Assembly: GCF_006345805.1 (NCBI RefSeq)
Contig: NC_043003.1
Coordinates: 32,798,001 to 32,862,000 of the forward strand
Length of the DNA: 64,000 nt
Direction: 5' to 3'
Source of the DNA: Octopus sinensis
Lineage: Eukaryota
Under the pieces are notes generated by a model, which made no database searches, was not told where the DNA came from, and saw nothing but the letters and a program-made list of their open reading frames with translations. Made by a program: the position numbers and the translations under genes. Positions 24,361 through 38,063 of the stretch are shown one piece after another (the stretch's first letter is position 1; each line of letters begins with the position of its first letter).

Positions 24361-25681
24361 TTGATGGCTTTCTAAACAGCACGTCATTGATAAAGGTTGA
24401 TATTTCAAAACTTCAATATCCGAGATATGTTGAGAAGAAGATTAGATGTGTTTCTGGCAAATCTGAAGAAGAACCACCGATAAACGGAAGCATTAAATAC
24501 AATATATGTAAATGATATTCAAGGCAAACTGACAGAGTCTTGTATTCGTAAAAGTCAAGGAGTTGTTGGTTTTAAATTTATATTTAAAAGTATTTTTTTA
24601 ATATTATCTACCTCTCAATTGATGTTGGCTGTTTTTGGTGTTTAGCAAAAATGATTTTCTATCTAACTATACACTAGATGCAAGTGCAAACATATATACA
24701 CAAACACACACACGCCATCCCCCCCCCTAAGTACATCGTCGTAATGTTCTATTTTAGTGGTAAAGCGCGGCTTTTTAGAGGTGTTCTTTCTTTGGCTAGA
24801 TTTATAACTTTTCCTGCTTGGAAATACTTGGTCACACAGCTATAACCTCAATATCTCAATACGTCTGTAATCACAGAAAACTCAAATGAATTTATAAATT
24901 ATTCGTTGAATTTGCAGATTTGCATTTAGTAATCCATACTAATCCATCATGAGATCCTCAATGGAACATTGCTTTTACGCAGGGCCGTTTTAGCATCATT
25001 ATAGACCCCTGAACAAATGAATGCCCTGGGCCCTATAGTGTTTATTTTTATTTATTGACAACAAGCCACAGCATAAATAGATCAGAATAAGGCCCTTAGA
25101 CCCTCACGGAGATAGGAGCTTAATTACTTGGATATTGCCATTATAGACATATGTCTCAAGCATAATGTTAGAATAATATTCAACATCTTATCAATCTTTA
25201 TTGTGTCGAAGTCCTATTCCTAACGTCGGAATTATTCCGAAATTTAATCCCCTCGTCCACTTGAGAAAGATTCTTCAGAACATGAAATTGGCTTGTCTCT
25301 CATTCCTTTATACAACGATGTTTAGTGTTGGACGAATCTCTTATCGATTTTTTTTTCTTTCGGTTACTCTTAACTCTATCCAACGTTTCTTACTTGTAAC
25401 CTTTAACTCTGATAGTTATCAGAATATATTAAAAATATTCTTATTCTATTTCATTTTATTGTTTTATAGAGTTTAGGCTATGAACAGATAAAACACTGCA
25501 GCATTATTTGAAGGTTTTAGTCGAATGAATCTGACTAATTCTTGTCTTATCGACCTCATAAGAACGAAATGTAAAGTAAACATGGGCGTTAAAAAAACAA
25601 GGGTAGAAGCAAATAACACACGGTATTTTCAGTATGTCATGCTGTTTTTTTTTTCAATATATATTTTGTGTATTCCATATA

Positions 25682-25880
25682 TTCTCTTTTACTCTTTTAC
25701 TTGTTTCAGTCATTTGACTGTGGCCATGCTGGAGCACCGCCTTTAGTCGAGCTAATCGACCCCAGGACTATTCTTTATAAGCCTAGTACTTATTCTATCG
25801 GTTTCTTTTGCCAAACCGCTAAGTTACGGGGACGTAAACACACTAGCATCGGTTGTCAAGCGATGTTGGGGGACAAACAC

Positions 25881-25957
<77 letters not shown>

Positions 25958-26060
25958 CATATATACGACGGGCTTCTTTCAGTTTCCGTCTACCAAATCC
26001 ACTCACAAAGCTTTGGTCGACCCGAGGCTATAGTAGAAGACATTTTCCCAAGGTGCCACG
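25682..26060 (-). mobile_element. SINE family A lacking 5' head
   Basis: Matches 9733-10140. Confidence 0.9.
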
Positions 26061-27250
26061 TACATCTGTATCTTAGGAACGTAAGAACTTCTGGTTAAAT
26101 ACGGATATGTATAGTGATGTGTCATTATGGCATAACCGAATGGATCCTTCGTCGAATCCAACGATGAGTATTTCAGGTGATTGGTCAACTGAAACTACTT
26201 AGAAAATTATAGTATTAGTGGTTGAATATTCCGTTAACGTAATCCTCAAACAGAATTAGTGTGACACGACGACTGACTAGGCTGGCACTTGAAATTATAG
26301 AAACAGGCCATTCGGCAAGTCTTTGGGAAGTTGTACCTCTCCTTTTCCACAAACAAGGTTACGAGCGTAGGCACGATCAGGGATTAAGAAGTTCGCTATA
26401 CAATTACGATGTCTTGGTTTTCCATTCTAGAGCCTGGCATCATGGGTGATATCATTTACAATAAACTCGAGTAAACTGATATAACATTAAGAATAGATCT
26501 ATCAGTAGCTTAATTTATATACTACTTTGGTGTGGTTTAATTGATATAAAATTATCGATATATTTATGAAAAGTCAAATTGGTTTACAACTATGGTACAG
26601 CTAAATTGACCTAACATTATATATAAATATGTGGACAGGACATACCACTATAGGTAGCTTAATTGAAATACCTCTATTGCTAAAAGAATGGCCAATGAAA
26701 GTAATAAATTACAATGAATAATGGTATGGTTATCTAAATTTTTTCTTTATTTTTCTATGGTTGAGATTATATGACTCCGGATATCTTACAATAATTCTGC
26801 TTCTCACTCTGTTACTTAGCCCGCCCATAACGCTTCCACGTGATTAGTTGAAGGGGGGATGAATGGAAGGGGTGGAAGAAAGAAGGTAAGAGAGGGGAGG
26901 AGAGGGAGTTGGAGTGGTGAGTGAAATGTGCAATCTTTTTGAAATAGGTTTTTTTCCCTTTACTTAGCCTGTCTTTAACGCTTTCAAGAAGAGTGAAAGA
27001 AAAAGGATGGACAAAAAGAGGGCAAGGAGAAGAGTGAGAGAGAAAAAGGGAGAGTGTTGTGTATTATGTCTATAAAATTGTGCATAAAGTTATATAAAGT
27101 GCATTAAGTAATTGCCCTATTCCAATTTCCTTCACGTTTCAATGATTAGCAGATGAGTGACTATCTTTTGATACAGACACAACACAGGCTACGCTTTCAG
27201 GTTTTCTGGATAAAGTTTTCAGAAATAACCAATAAGTTTACCTTTAATTT

Positions 27251-27277
27251 CGTGAAATATTCACGGGTCCCGCTAGT
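27251..27277 (+). mobile_element. Helitron-like 3' terminus
   Basis: CGTGA-AATAT-TCACG hairpin, 7-nt spacer, CTAG (27273-27276), T. Confidence 0.5.
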
Positions 27278-27859
27278 CTAAATTAATATTTCCCTGTGTC
27301 ATAGCTGAAGTGATAGACATTGCTGGCAAATTTTCTTGTCAAGAATAAAAGCAAGTTTTAATTCACGGGTTGTAGCTAGTTCAATTCAGTTATGTTAATA
27401 ATTCCATAGAAAAAAGTCACCAGTATCACATAACCACATCGTCAGCCCCTTTAAATTTGAAGCTTTCATAGTGGACAGATCGCGACAAGCCAAATTAACA
27501 TGGTTTCAAATACAGGTTGGAGCAAATTAACATTAATTACACGCCTATTACCTCGAAATAAATGTCACACAGTTTCATTTGCTATTTTCTATAAATCTGA
27601 AATTGTGTAGCCGGTGAAAAAAGTTCCCTATAATTATAAACATTTTGAACTGAGAATCTAATGAGATGAAGAGAGAAATAATTAGACACAGTATTTCAAT
27701 TGAATTTAGGTGATTTGAAATTCTTGAAATTTAATTTCTAATTTCTGTCATAATGGTGACAAGACATGCATCGCGATTTCCTATTCCCTCCGCCTATTAT
27801 TAATTGCTAAATTGCCAAATAAAACTGTTATATTTGTGCGGATTTATGTAACATCTTTT

Positions 27860-28295
27860 ATCTTCTTTTACTTGTTTCAGTTATTGAACTGCAGCCATGC
27901 TAAGGCATTGCCTAGAAGGGCTTTAGTCGAACAAATCGACCGCAGGACATATTTTACGTTTTAATTCTGATACCTATTCTATCAGTTTATGTTCATAAAA
28001 CAATAAGTTGCAACCACGGTTGTGAAGCGATGCGGAGGAAAAACACAGACAAAAAGACTCACGTACACACATATACATATGACGGGTTTAAATTGGTTTG
28101 GTACAGCTAAATTGACTTAACATTATATATAAACATGTGGACAGGAAATACCTCTATTGCTAAAAGAATGGTCAATGAAAGTAACATATTACAGTTTCCG
28201 TCAATCAAATTCACTCACAAGGCATTGGTCGACTCAGGGCTATAGTAGAAGACGCTTGCCCATGGTGCTGTGCAGCGGGACTGAACCCAAAATCC
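27860..28295 (-). mobile_element. Diverged SINE family A carrying a ~104-bp foreign insert (28090-28193)
   Basis: SINE sequence stops at GACGGGTTT and resumes at CAGTTTCCGTC. Confidence 0.8.
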
Positions 28296-28584
28296 CGCTG
28301 TTTCAAATTAAGTTTCATACTGTTTAGTTTTTTGAAAGATATTTTTATTTTATTAACATTAAGAAGAGTTAGAGTTTGACTGAAAGGAGATTGGTTGCTG
28401 AATAAACACGTAGATGGTCCGGCAGTGGCTTTTTTAACGATAGTGGGGTTCACTATACAGACACATCATCGATTTTCTGTAACTTTTGGTTCCGAAGCCT
28501 TAACGAATCAATCCGTTTTGCCGGACCATCTGCGGTCATTTGATAATAACACTGTTTAACAATTTTTTTTCTTTTTATCTCTCT

Positions 28585-28745
28585 TTGGTCAGTAAGTGAC
28601 TCCAGTTCTCCACTGGTACTTATTTTACCGACCCCGAATAGATGAAATGTAAACTTGAGCTCAGCAGTGTTTGAACTCAGAACATAGAGCTGGAAGAAAA
28701 TGCCGTTAAGTATTTTGTCCGGCGTGCTGATGATTCTGCCAGTTC
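28585..28745 (-). mobile_element. SINE family B, diverged
   Basis: Core, B box and head recognisable. Confidence 0.7.
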
Positions 28746-28856
28746 TCCACTCACTTTTTTGTGAATGACTATATTAGTTTTCAAATTTTGGCACAAGGTC
28801 AGTGATTTCGAGGAGAGGGTATGTCTATTACATTGACCTCAATGTCCAAATAGTAC

Positions 28857-29069
28857 AAGACAGCGAGCTGGCAGAAACGTTAGCGTGCTGGGCGAAATGC
28901 TTAGCGGTATTTCGTCTGTTTTTACGTTCTGAGTTCAAATTCCACCGAGGTCGACTTTGCCTTTCACCCTTTCGGGTCAATAAATTAAGTTCTAGTTGCG
29001 TGCTGAGGTCGATCTATTCGACTGGCTCTCTCCCCCAAAATTTCGGGCCTTGTGTCTAGAGTAGGATAG
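28857..29069 (+). mobile_element. SINE family B nested in an antisense family B copy (28778-28856 and 29086-29140)
   Basis: 16-bp TSD with 1 mismatch: AATGTCCAAATAGTAC (28841-28856) and AATGTCCAACTAGTAC (29070-29085). Confidence 0.8.
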
Positions 29070-29689
29070 AATGTCCAACTAGTACTTATTTTATCAAAAG
29101 GATGAGAGGTAAAGTCGACCCTAGCGGCATTCGAACTCGATGTGTGTGTGACTATATTAGTTGCTATATATTTCTTCTAAATGGCATTTATTATTGCACG
29201 CACGCAAACACACACACACACACACACAGACACACACACTCACACACAGACACACACACACACACACACACATGCATAGAAACAACACACATTTTGTTTG
29301 TAATTTCTTCAAAGAATAGACATTGTTTTTGAATAATCATAGCTTCAATTATTTTCTGAAAAATTTCTTTATCTTTGATTTCACATGAAATGGTGATAAT
29401 AACTTTTAACTTAGACAGCGGACTAGCAATCTTGTGGGAAGGGAATTAACCAATTACATCAATCACAGTACGTAACTGGTACTTTATTTTATCAAACCCG
29501 AAAGAATAAAAGCATAATTGATTTCTACCACAAATATAGGGCTACAAGAACAATCTGTAAAGTATAGGATATTCACTATTCAATCCGGTTTTTAGTGCTA
29601 TGAGTTCAAATCTTACCAAAATCAAGAGTTTGAACCTTGTTGATCACGAAATGTCCAGTTCAACACTGAACTGGTACATTCACTGTGTA

Positions 29690-29895
29690 ACACAATGGGG
29701 ACATAGAGGGGACAAACAAGGAGAGACAAAGGCATTAAGTCGATTACATCGACCCCAGTGCGGTACTGATACTTAATTTATCGACCCCGAAAGGATAAAA
29801 GTCAAAATAGACGTCGGCGGAATTTGAACTCAGAACCTAACGGCAGATGAAAGCATTTCGCCCGGTGTGCTAACGATTCTGCCAGCTCGCCTTAA
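29690..29895 (-). mobile_element. SINE family B variant (alternative 3' end GGACAAACAAGG)
   Basis: Same variant 3' end at 34321-34400 and 38600-38680. Confidence 0.8.
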
Positions 29896-30470
29896 TACGT
29901 CTTATATTTTTTAGCGGTATAGGATCAATAAGATAAAGTTCGAATTATGGACAGGAGGCAGTTTAAAGGGCTGCACTTTATCTTACAAAATTTTGTCTTG
30001 TGTCTACTTTAGCTATCATTATTTGTATTGCTTAAAGACTTCTTCACAATGTTCTGAAGTCTTATTGATGTACCATGTAGTATTAGTAGTAGCAGCAGCA
30101 GCAGCAGCAGGAGTAATTGTAGTAGTAGTAGTAGTAGTAGTCGTCGAGCGGTAGTAGCAGCAGCGGCGGCTAACTATGTAACTATCGTTTTATAGATGTA
30201 CTGCTATGTGACCGAACATAAAAAGAAATATAATAAAGTTTAGAGGATAAATAAAAAATAAAAAACAAATTAAACAAAATAAAACAACAAAGGTGTGATG
30301 TTATCAAAGACTCAGGCAATATTGTTTAAAATAAATTAGATAGAAATGTTTCAGAATAAAAAATAAATAAATATAAGTTAAAATAGAATAAACGAAAGAA
30401 CAACAAAAAAAACAAAAAATATTGGTCAGCATTATTGTACGATGAATCAAGCCGATAACACACACACACA

Positions 30471-30513
<43 letters not shown>

Positions 30514-30699
30514 CCACCTATATACACACATAATCACATATACATATATATATGTATGTGTATATATATGTATATATGTGTGTGTATACACACACATACA
30601 GATACCTACCCTTTCATACTCTCTCGCCCTCTCTTCCCCCCACTCTCTCTCTCTCTCACACACACTATAATTTCATTTTATATATTGATATTGATTCCT

Positions 30700-30845
30700 T
30701 TTGGCTAAAGAATTTTCTGTCGAACCATATAGTTACGGATTCAACCCCACTGCATATAACTTTCGGCAAGGGTCTTCTTCTACACCATATGTTTTAAAAA
30801 CCTTGTCAGTGAATTTCGGTAGGGGAAACTGTACGGAAGCCGTTC
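30700..30845 (+). mobile_element. Very decayed SINE family A head
   Basis: GGATTCAACCCCACTGC...GGCAAG..TCTTCT...GTGAATTTCGGTAG..GAAACTG in the family A order. Confidence 0.5.
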
Positions 30846-31529
30846 AGATGTATGTATGCTTTTATATATGCGTGTGCGTGCGTGTGAGTATCCTCGTATG
30901 TATGTATGTATGTATGTATGTATGTATGTATGTATGTATGTATGTATGTATGTATGTATGTACGTATGTACACACACACACACATATATAATATATAATA
31001 TATATACATACATACATACATACATACATACATACATACATACATACATACATACCCGCGTTCACCAACTCAACAGCAGCACTTCCTATTTGTTTTCGCC
31101 GTCCCGTTTTTGTTACCAACTTTGACCCTCCGCAAAATCCCAAATTTTATTTAATTTGCTTTTCGAGAGCAACTGTTTTGTTGAAAACGTATCTTGTCGC
31201 GAATTGCTCGAAATACGAAGTAGAAAAACAGCCAACAACTGATGAAGGGTCCTTTTTTTTTCTTTTTTTTTATGTTGCTTGTCTTGTTTTCCATTTGTTT
31301 TTTTCGTTGTTCACAAAAATAGTTCGCATTCTCTGTTTTCGTATTTCGTATTTCATGTTATTTACGTTCTGTGGTGTCTTCTGTCCATATATGCATGTGT
31401 ATATACATATATGTATATATGTATGCACACATATTTATATATATTATATATTATTATATGATTGAACACCACTCATCCATTTCCAAGTAAGTTTTATCTA
31501 TCTATCTATCAATCTATCTATCTATCTAA

Positions 31530-31638
<109 letters not shown>

Positions 31639-31679
31639 CTTATATATATATATAGATATATACATATATATATAAAATG

Positions 31680-31894
31680 CAGTAATCCTTCGACTGTCGC
31701 GGATGTTACGTTCCAACCACCCCCACGATAGGAGAAAATCCGCGAAGTAGAAACAGTATTGTACTGTATTATTTTATTATTTTTATAATTTGTATATATT
31801 TTATTGTAAATGCAAGACAACACCGTGAAGGAGTCGACGTAAGCTTGAATAATAAACCGCGATAGGTAAACCGCGACATGGCGAGGCATTACTG
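31680..31894. mobile_element. pogo/Tigger-type Tc1/mariner MITE (215 bp)
   Basis: TIRs CAGTAATCCTTCGACTGTCGCGG / CCGCGACATGGCGAGGCATTACTG; TA on the right, TG on the left; sits within (TATC)n. Confidence 0.8.
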
Positions 31895-31960
<66 letters not shown>

Positions 31961-31961
31961 C

Positions 31962-31992
<31 letters not shown>

Positions 31993-31996
31993 TCTG

Positions 31997-32042
<46 letters not shown>

Positions 32043-32111
32043 TCTATCGATCGATCGTTCGATCTCTACGTACACACATACACGCACACACACATATATA
32101 TATGTAGATAA

Positions 32112-32198
<87 letters not shown>

Positions 32199-32559
32199 TA
32201 TGCATGTTCGTGTATCGGTGATGAATGATTAAAAAAGCACCATCGAAAAAAAAATTCCCTAAAACTTTGTTATATAATTGCGTGAGTTATAATCTCTTTT
32301 TGCTTTGGTCAACTCTTTTAAACGTCTCTTACATAAAATAGGTACCAGATGAAATAAAATGAAATAAAACAAAATAAAATAAATGTGAGGACTATATAAT
32401 CAAATTAAATTTTGAGGGTTGTTCTCGAACTTGGCTGCAGTGCGATGAGTGAAGCTAGTAATAAAATAAAGAATACAAGAATGACAAAAAGCCATTCATT
32501 TATAAGATGTGCAGTCAATTAATCGAAGGCAAGACTTGTATAAAATACGTGCTTGGTAC

Positions 32560-33000
32560 TTCGCCGCTGCACAGGGCGGAAAATATTTGTAGGGTGGAGG
32601 GTGACAGGCTACTAAAGGCAGTTTTCTATGCTGAACGGCGTCAGGGCAGGCGCAGTCGTGGGGTGGCCAGAGGTTGCGATATAGGGAGGTATTGAGGAGA
32701 CTTAGGTAGAACTCCGGCATCTCTCCAGACACCCAGGAAGAAAAGGCCTTGCAGCACGATGAATAACACCGATCGCTGAAGCTCGTAATTATAGCCATTG
32801 AGAAGAAACATCAGAGAATACGAAAGAGCACACGAGAAGCTTCACTCCTCCGTTGTATGAAGTTGCTTCACCTGCAGCAGATGTCATCACTGCTGCAAAT
32901 CAAGACCAGGCCTTATAGCCCACATGCGAGACTGTCAGAGATTATTACGGACCAAGAACAGTCAGTGTCGACCAACGACGGACAACCCAAGACTCTAATT
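32560..33000 (+). mobile_element. RTE-clade LINE 3' fragment, decayed
   Basis: ICRVEGDRLLKAVFYAERRQGRRSRG, followed by a frameshifted region with a C-terminal Cys/His zinc-finger-like remnant; 3' end GTCGACCAACGACGGACAACC. Confidence 0.75.
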
Positions 33001-33233
33001 AAGCTAAGCAGAATTTGAACTCAGAATGCAAAGAATATGAATATGTCACTTGACCTTTCTGCAATGCACTAAGTTCATTTTAAAATTATGTCATTCTGAA
33101 AAGGGGAAGCCCAATTAAGTGAGAAGTGTAATTCGAGTCACTCAAGCGACTAAACCCATTTTTTTCTGTCCAAGTGACATATAAACTTTTATTTGTGCCT
33201 GAATCCGCTTCGCTGGCAAACTTCACCTTTGCA

Positions 33234-33525
33234 ATCATCATCATCATTGTTCGACCGTGGTCGAGACAATGTAATTTACTATGTTACGCAAGACTTCACG
33301 GTCCATCATAGCATTACGGAGGTCCTGTTGCTGGATGCCTGTATCCCTGGAGATTACATCAGGGTAGGAGAGTGTGCGCCCTCTGGTATCGCGAGCAGAT
33401 GACTTCCAGAGGAGAAGAGTAGAAATTACCTCGTTTTCAGCTCTACAACAATGTCCAGCAAACTGGACTCTTCTACCTTTCACAAGAGATGATACAGGTG
33501 GTAGTTTCCCATATATTTGTAGCAA
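33234..33525 (-). mobile_element. RTE/RTE-X-type LINE 3' end with (TGA)n tail
   Basis: YGKLPPVSSLVKGRRVQFAGHCCRAENEVISTLLLWKSS...LSYPDVISRDTG...AMMDREVLRNIV* followed directly by (TGA)n. Confidence 0.8.
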
Positions 33526-34320
33526 TAGCTAAAGAAAGGGTTCTGACTTAATCACACTCTGTGCTCTGGAAACGTCTCCCATGTTCATCCATATTTATTT
33601 ACGTATTTCTCGATGCTTCTACACTTGTATTGTAAATGTAATCAAGTAAATGAGGCATGTTCGTGATTCAGTGACATTTGGTAGCTGTTTCACTCCAATC
33701 GTGTTGCTAAACACATTTGAAAAAGAAGGGATCGAGTGTTACAAAATTTCACTTCTGTGTCAAAATTATTCAGTGGTCTTGTAAGACTCTAGAGGTCTTA
33801 AGAAAGATACTAACTTCTCTATTTGGGATTATTTTGTTATTGTTGCTATTGTTTCGTCTCATGTCAATCCGGATCGAGTAGACTTATGGTCAAAGGAATT
33901 CCACTTGCGTATTATCACAGCTTTTTGATCAGTATTTTGGGCTACTTGTTTATGAAAGCTGCCTATTTTTGTGTTAAGACAGTAAATTGGAAATTGAGTC
34001 ATGTTTTTGATATTATTCTAACAATTCGAGCTATTATGTAGAAGCTCTATCGTTAAACTGTTTATTTTGTTTTGTTGATCTCAACGTTTCTGTATTCTAA
34101 AATATAGCATCTTCTGCACAGGAAAAGTAGTTTAAGTAAGTAACAAACATCTGTAACTCAAAGTAAGATTACTATAATCTGAGCTCAGTAGAAATAAAGC
34201 GGATAAATCACCACCCACAGCACCCCTCCTCCACTATCAATGACAACGCCACCATCAACGACGACGACGATAACAACAACTTAGTGGCTTTTCCCATCGT
34301 AAAACCTATAGAACAATTAT

Positions 34321-34664
34321 TTATTTCTTTACTACCTACAAGGGGCTAAACACAGAGGGGACAAACAAGGACAGACAAACGGATTAAGTCGATTACATCA
34401 ACCCCAGTACGTAACTGGTACTTAATTCATCGACCCCGAGAGGATGAAAGGCAAAGTCGACCTTGGCGGAATTTGAACCGAGAACGTAACGGCAGACGAA
34501 ATAAGAGTGGTGAAAGAGTACAGCAGGGATCACCACCCCCTGCCGGAGCGTCGTGGAGCTTTTAGGTGTTTTCGCTCAATAAAAATTCGCAACGCCCGGT
34601 CTAGGAATCGAAACCGCGATCCTACGACCGCGAGTCCGCTGCCCTAACCGCTGGGCCATTGCGC

Positions 34665-34666
<2 letters not shown>
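34321..34666 (-). mobile_element. Chimeric SINE: family C head (34666-34504) fused to a headless family B body (34503-34321)
   Basis: Direct junction ...CTCTTTCACCACTCT|TATTTCGTCTGCC... Confidence 0.8.
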
Positions 34667-34728
<62 letters not shown>

Positions 34729-35370
34729 GTATGTATTGTATATATATATATGCATGTATGTTCATATATGCATCTATGTATAGATATATGTATGTATTTA
34801 TATGTATATATATATATATATGTCTATATATATATGTATGTATATATGTATAAATACGTGCATGTATATATATGTGTGTATACACACACACAAAAAAAAT
34901 ATATGGACTTATACATATATGTATTCAAACATCTCGATCTCACGTCAGTTTTTTTCAATAAGTGTTCGTCTAATACCCTATTTATAATCCAGAAAGAAAT
35001 TTTCCAATATAAAACTAGCAATAAAATTATGAATTAATGAATTCTTGTCTAATTTCCCAACAGAAATCCAATGATTGTGGCAATATTTTGGATATTAGAA
35101 AAAAAAAAAAAGTGCAGAAGTTACAACGAGAACGTCTGCGATTTTCATTAGAAAAGATATTTATTTGAGAAAGCGTCTGAATAAAATGACTGAAAGAATT
35201 GGTGCCTCTCACACTGATTGTTTATTCATTATTCATACAACATTAATTTATAATTAAAGTGAGTTACATTTGAAGTAGAATTATATATTGTGTGGTAATT
35301 ACCGTTTTGCAAATTACTCTGTGTAATCACTACTTGGTAAACAATTTATTGTAGTCATCTCGCAGTATAT

Positions 35371-35707
35371 AAAGACCCCTTTCAGTGATGAATGACCATG
35401 GTTTGCACCTAGAAAGTTATCCTTTGAGGCACAAGTCCGGGTAAGATTGTTTACGGAGGACCAGCGGTTGCCCATGCATACCAGCCTTTCCTCTCCACGC
35501 CACAGATGTTGTCCGATGGAAAAGTGAAGGCCGATACAGCTTGGCACCAGTGATGTCGCAACTCATTTCTACAGCTGAGTGAACAGGACCAACGTGAAAT
35601 AAAGTGTCTTGGTCAAGACCACAATACACAACCCAGTCCGGGAATCGAACTCGCAACTTCATGGACTGTGAGCCCGATGCTCTAATCACTGAGCCATGCA
35701 CCTTCAC
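35371..35707 (-). mobile_element. tRNA-derived SINE family D, full length
   Basis: Head with GAGTTCGATTCCC B box; core TTCACTCAGCTGTAGAAATGAG; second copy at 46809-47073. Confidence 0.85.
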
Positions 35708-36016
35708 AGTTAATATGAAATGGTAAATTCTTCTTCGTAATCTCTTTGTGGTGAGCACCACGTAATAAACACCTCTTGGTTAACAACTCATCCTAAATAT
35801 TATTACAGTAAATACCTCACGGGACGAATGAACGATATAGAGTCAACCTTTCGTAGAAAATTTTCCGGATATCACTGAAAAGTTCATAGATATGTAACGA
35901 AATCAGAAGGCCTCACATGTTTTGATTAATTTCATTGGAAAAAACACGAAAGTCGTAACTTCTCATCATCAACTTTTAAAATATAGGAACTTCACATTTA
36001 GTTAGAAAGGAAAACC

Positions 36017-36376
36017 AATTCTTTAACCAGTGGCTTAGTCTGTGGTTTGCGATGCTTGCGGACCGCACGGGGCAGCCACCGATGAAGGAGAGAGGGTAAA
36101 GATAGACTGGTAGATAGCTAACTAGCAAGCTAGACAGATAGAGAGATTGGTAGGTAGGGAGATAGATAGTCTGACAAGAAGGCTGGCAGATAGATAAATA
36201 GATGTTTAAGGCGGCGAGCTGGCAGAATCGTTAGCAAGCCGGGCGAAATGCTTAGCGGTATTTCGTCTGCCGTTACGTTCTGAGTTCAAATTCTTTAACC
36301 AGTGGCTTAGTCTGTGGTTTGCGATGCTTGCGGACCGCACGGGGCAGCCACCGATGAAGGAGAGAGGGTAAAGATA
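36017..36376. repeat. 88-bp direct repeat (36017-36104 and 36289-36376) enclosing a truncated family B SINE head (36208-36293)
   Basis: The two repeats are identical by eye. Confidence 0.9.
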
Positions 36377-36955
36377 TACCAAGGGTACAGTACTTCTGAT
36401 CTAAATTTCCTAGTATATTTGCTAACTTAAAGCTGACCAATTTTTAAAAAATTGTCTATTTACCAAACTACATGGAAGGGCAAACTATTTGTAGATACAG
36501 ACGAATATAGTTATTACAAAATCTAATCCTTCCACATCTATTCTTCTGTATGGAGCTAAAACCATTAACCAACATTTTAAATCATAATAGACTCAGATAC
36601 AATGTCAGAACATTCAAACATTTTTTTGTATACTGAAGACGATAAAATGCTAAAAAAATTGACACACAGTACACCGAAGTATTAGAGAAAATGTTTTGAT
36701 TAGAAAATGCCCCCAAGGCATCCATAATGCCAGAAAAATTAAGAACGCTAATGCCATGCTAGATTATGAAACAGAGATAAGAGAATTAGAACAAACGCAG
36801 ACTAATAAATATTTAGGTAGGACAAACTAGTCAGTACACAGCACACACAAATGAAAGAAGAAGTTACGAATGCATACGATATAAAATACAGCTAAATACA
36901 AAACATGTTATGTACTATTACTGTAGCTGCCCTAGTAATATATATATATATATAC

Positions 36956-36998
<43 letters not shown>

Positions 36999-37002
36999 AT
37001 AA

Positions 37003-37020
<18 letters not shown>

Positions 37021-37034
<14 letters not shown>

Positions 37035-37531
37035 GTATAACCGTCTTCGTCTTTTTTATTATAAATTCTCACTATATATATATATATAAGTTCAGCAAAA
37101 TTTAGATTCAGATGAACTGGTACTTAGTTAAAGGCACCAGAATTTTGTATGGTATTATCCATATAAATCAAATGGGGGGATTATAATCAAAATAAGCAAC
37201 AATGATATCCAACGTAGAGTAGTACGATTGTTTCATGCTACTTCATTTTATTAAACCCTGTAAGTATTACATCACTTTTAAAATGTCGAGCAATCTTCAT
37301 CCACATACAGAATTTTTCAATTGAACGGACAGTGCACATCTTATACCTATTTTGCCAACATTACAAAGAGGGTAGATATATAGACAGAGAGGTTAATTTC
37401 ATCATTAAGAACATGACGGTAGTATGTTCATTCTCCGTCGGTAGATTTTATCACTAAGTTCACTTTGTTATTTAGATCTATTAGTGGGGGGGGATATTCT
37501 TGGTTGAATGGAGACAATATATATTATATAT

Positions 37532-37582
<51 letters not shown>

Positions 37583-38063
37583 GTATAACCGTCTTCGTCT
37601 TTTTTATTATAAATTCTCACTATATATATATATATAAGTTCAGGCAAAATTTAGATTCAGATGAACATGGTACTTAAGTTAAAGGCACCAGAATTTTGTA
37701 TGGTATTATCCATATAAATCAAATGGGGGGATTATAATCAAAATAAGCAACAATGATCCAACGTAGAGTAGTACGATTGTTTCATGCTACTTCATTTTAT
37801 TAAACCCTGTAAGTATTACATCACTTTTAAAATGTCGAGCAATCTTCATCCACATACAGAATTTTTCAATTGAACGGACAGTGCACATTCTTATACCTAT
37901 TTTGCCAACATTACAAAGAGGGTAGATATATAGACAGAGAGGTTAATTTCATCATTAAGAACATGACGGTAGTATGTTCATTCTCCGTCTGTAGATTTTA
38001 TCACTAAGTTCACTTTGTTATTTAGATCTATTAGTGGGGGGGGATATTCTTGGTTGAATGGAG

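Noticed and set aside
24400-24520. RRRLDVFLANL resembling a CR1 C-terminus
   Set aside because: Only about 10 residues of similarity; insufficient support.
26280-26460. Open minus-strand frame NGKPRHRNCIANFLIPDRAYARNLVCGKGE after a TAG acceptor
   Set aside because: Weak pyrimidine tract, weak donor, and no recognisable homology.
31225-31260. CTGATGA hammerhead-like core (also at 22515 and near 18700)
   Set aside because: No stem II/GAAA/stem III arrangement could be built.
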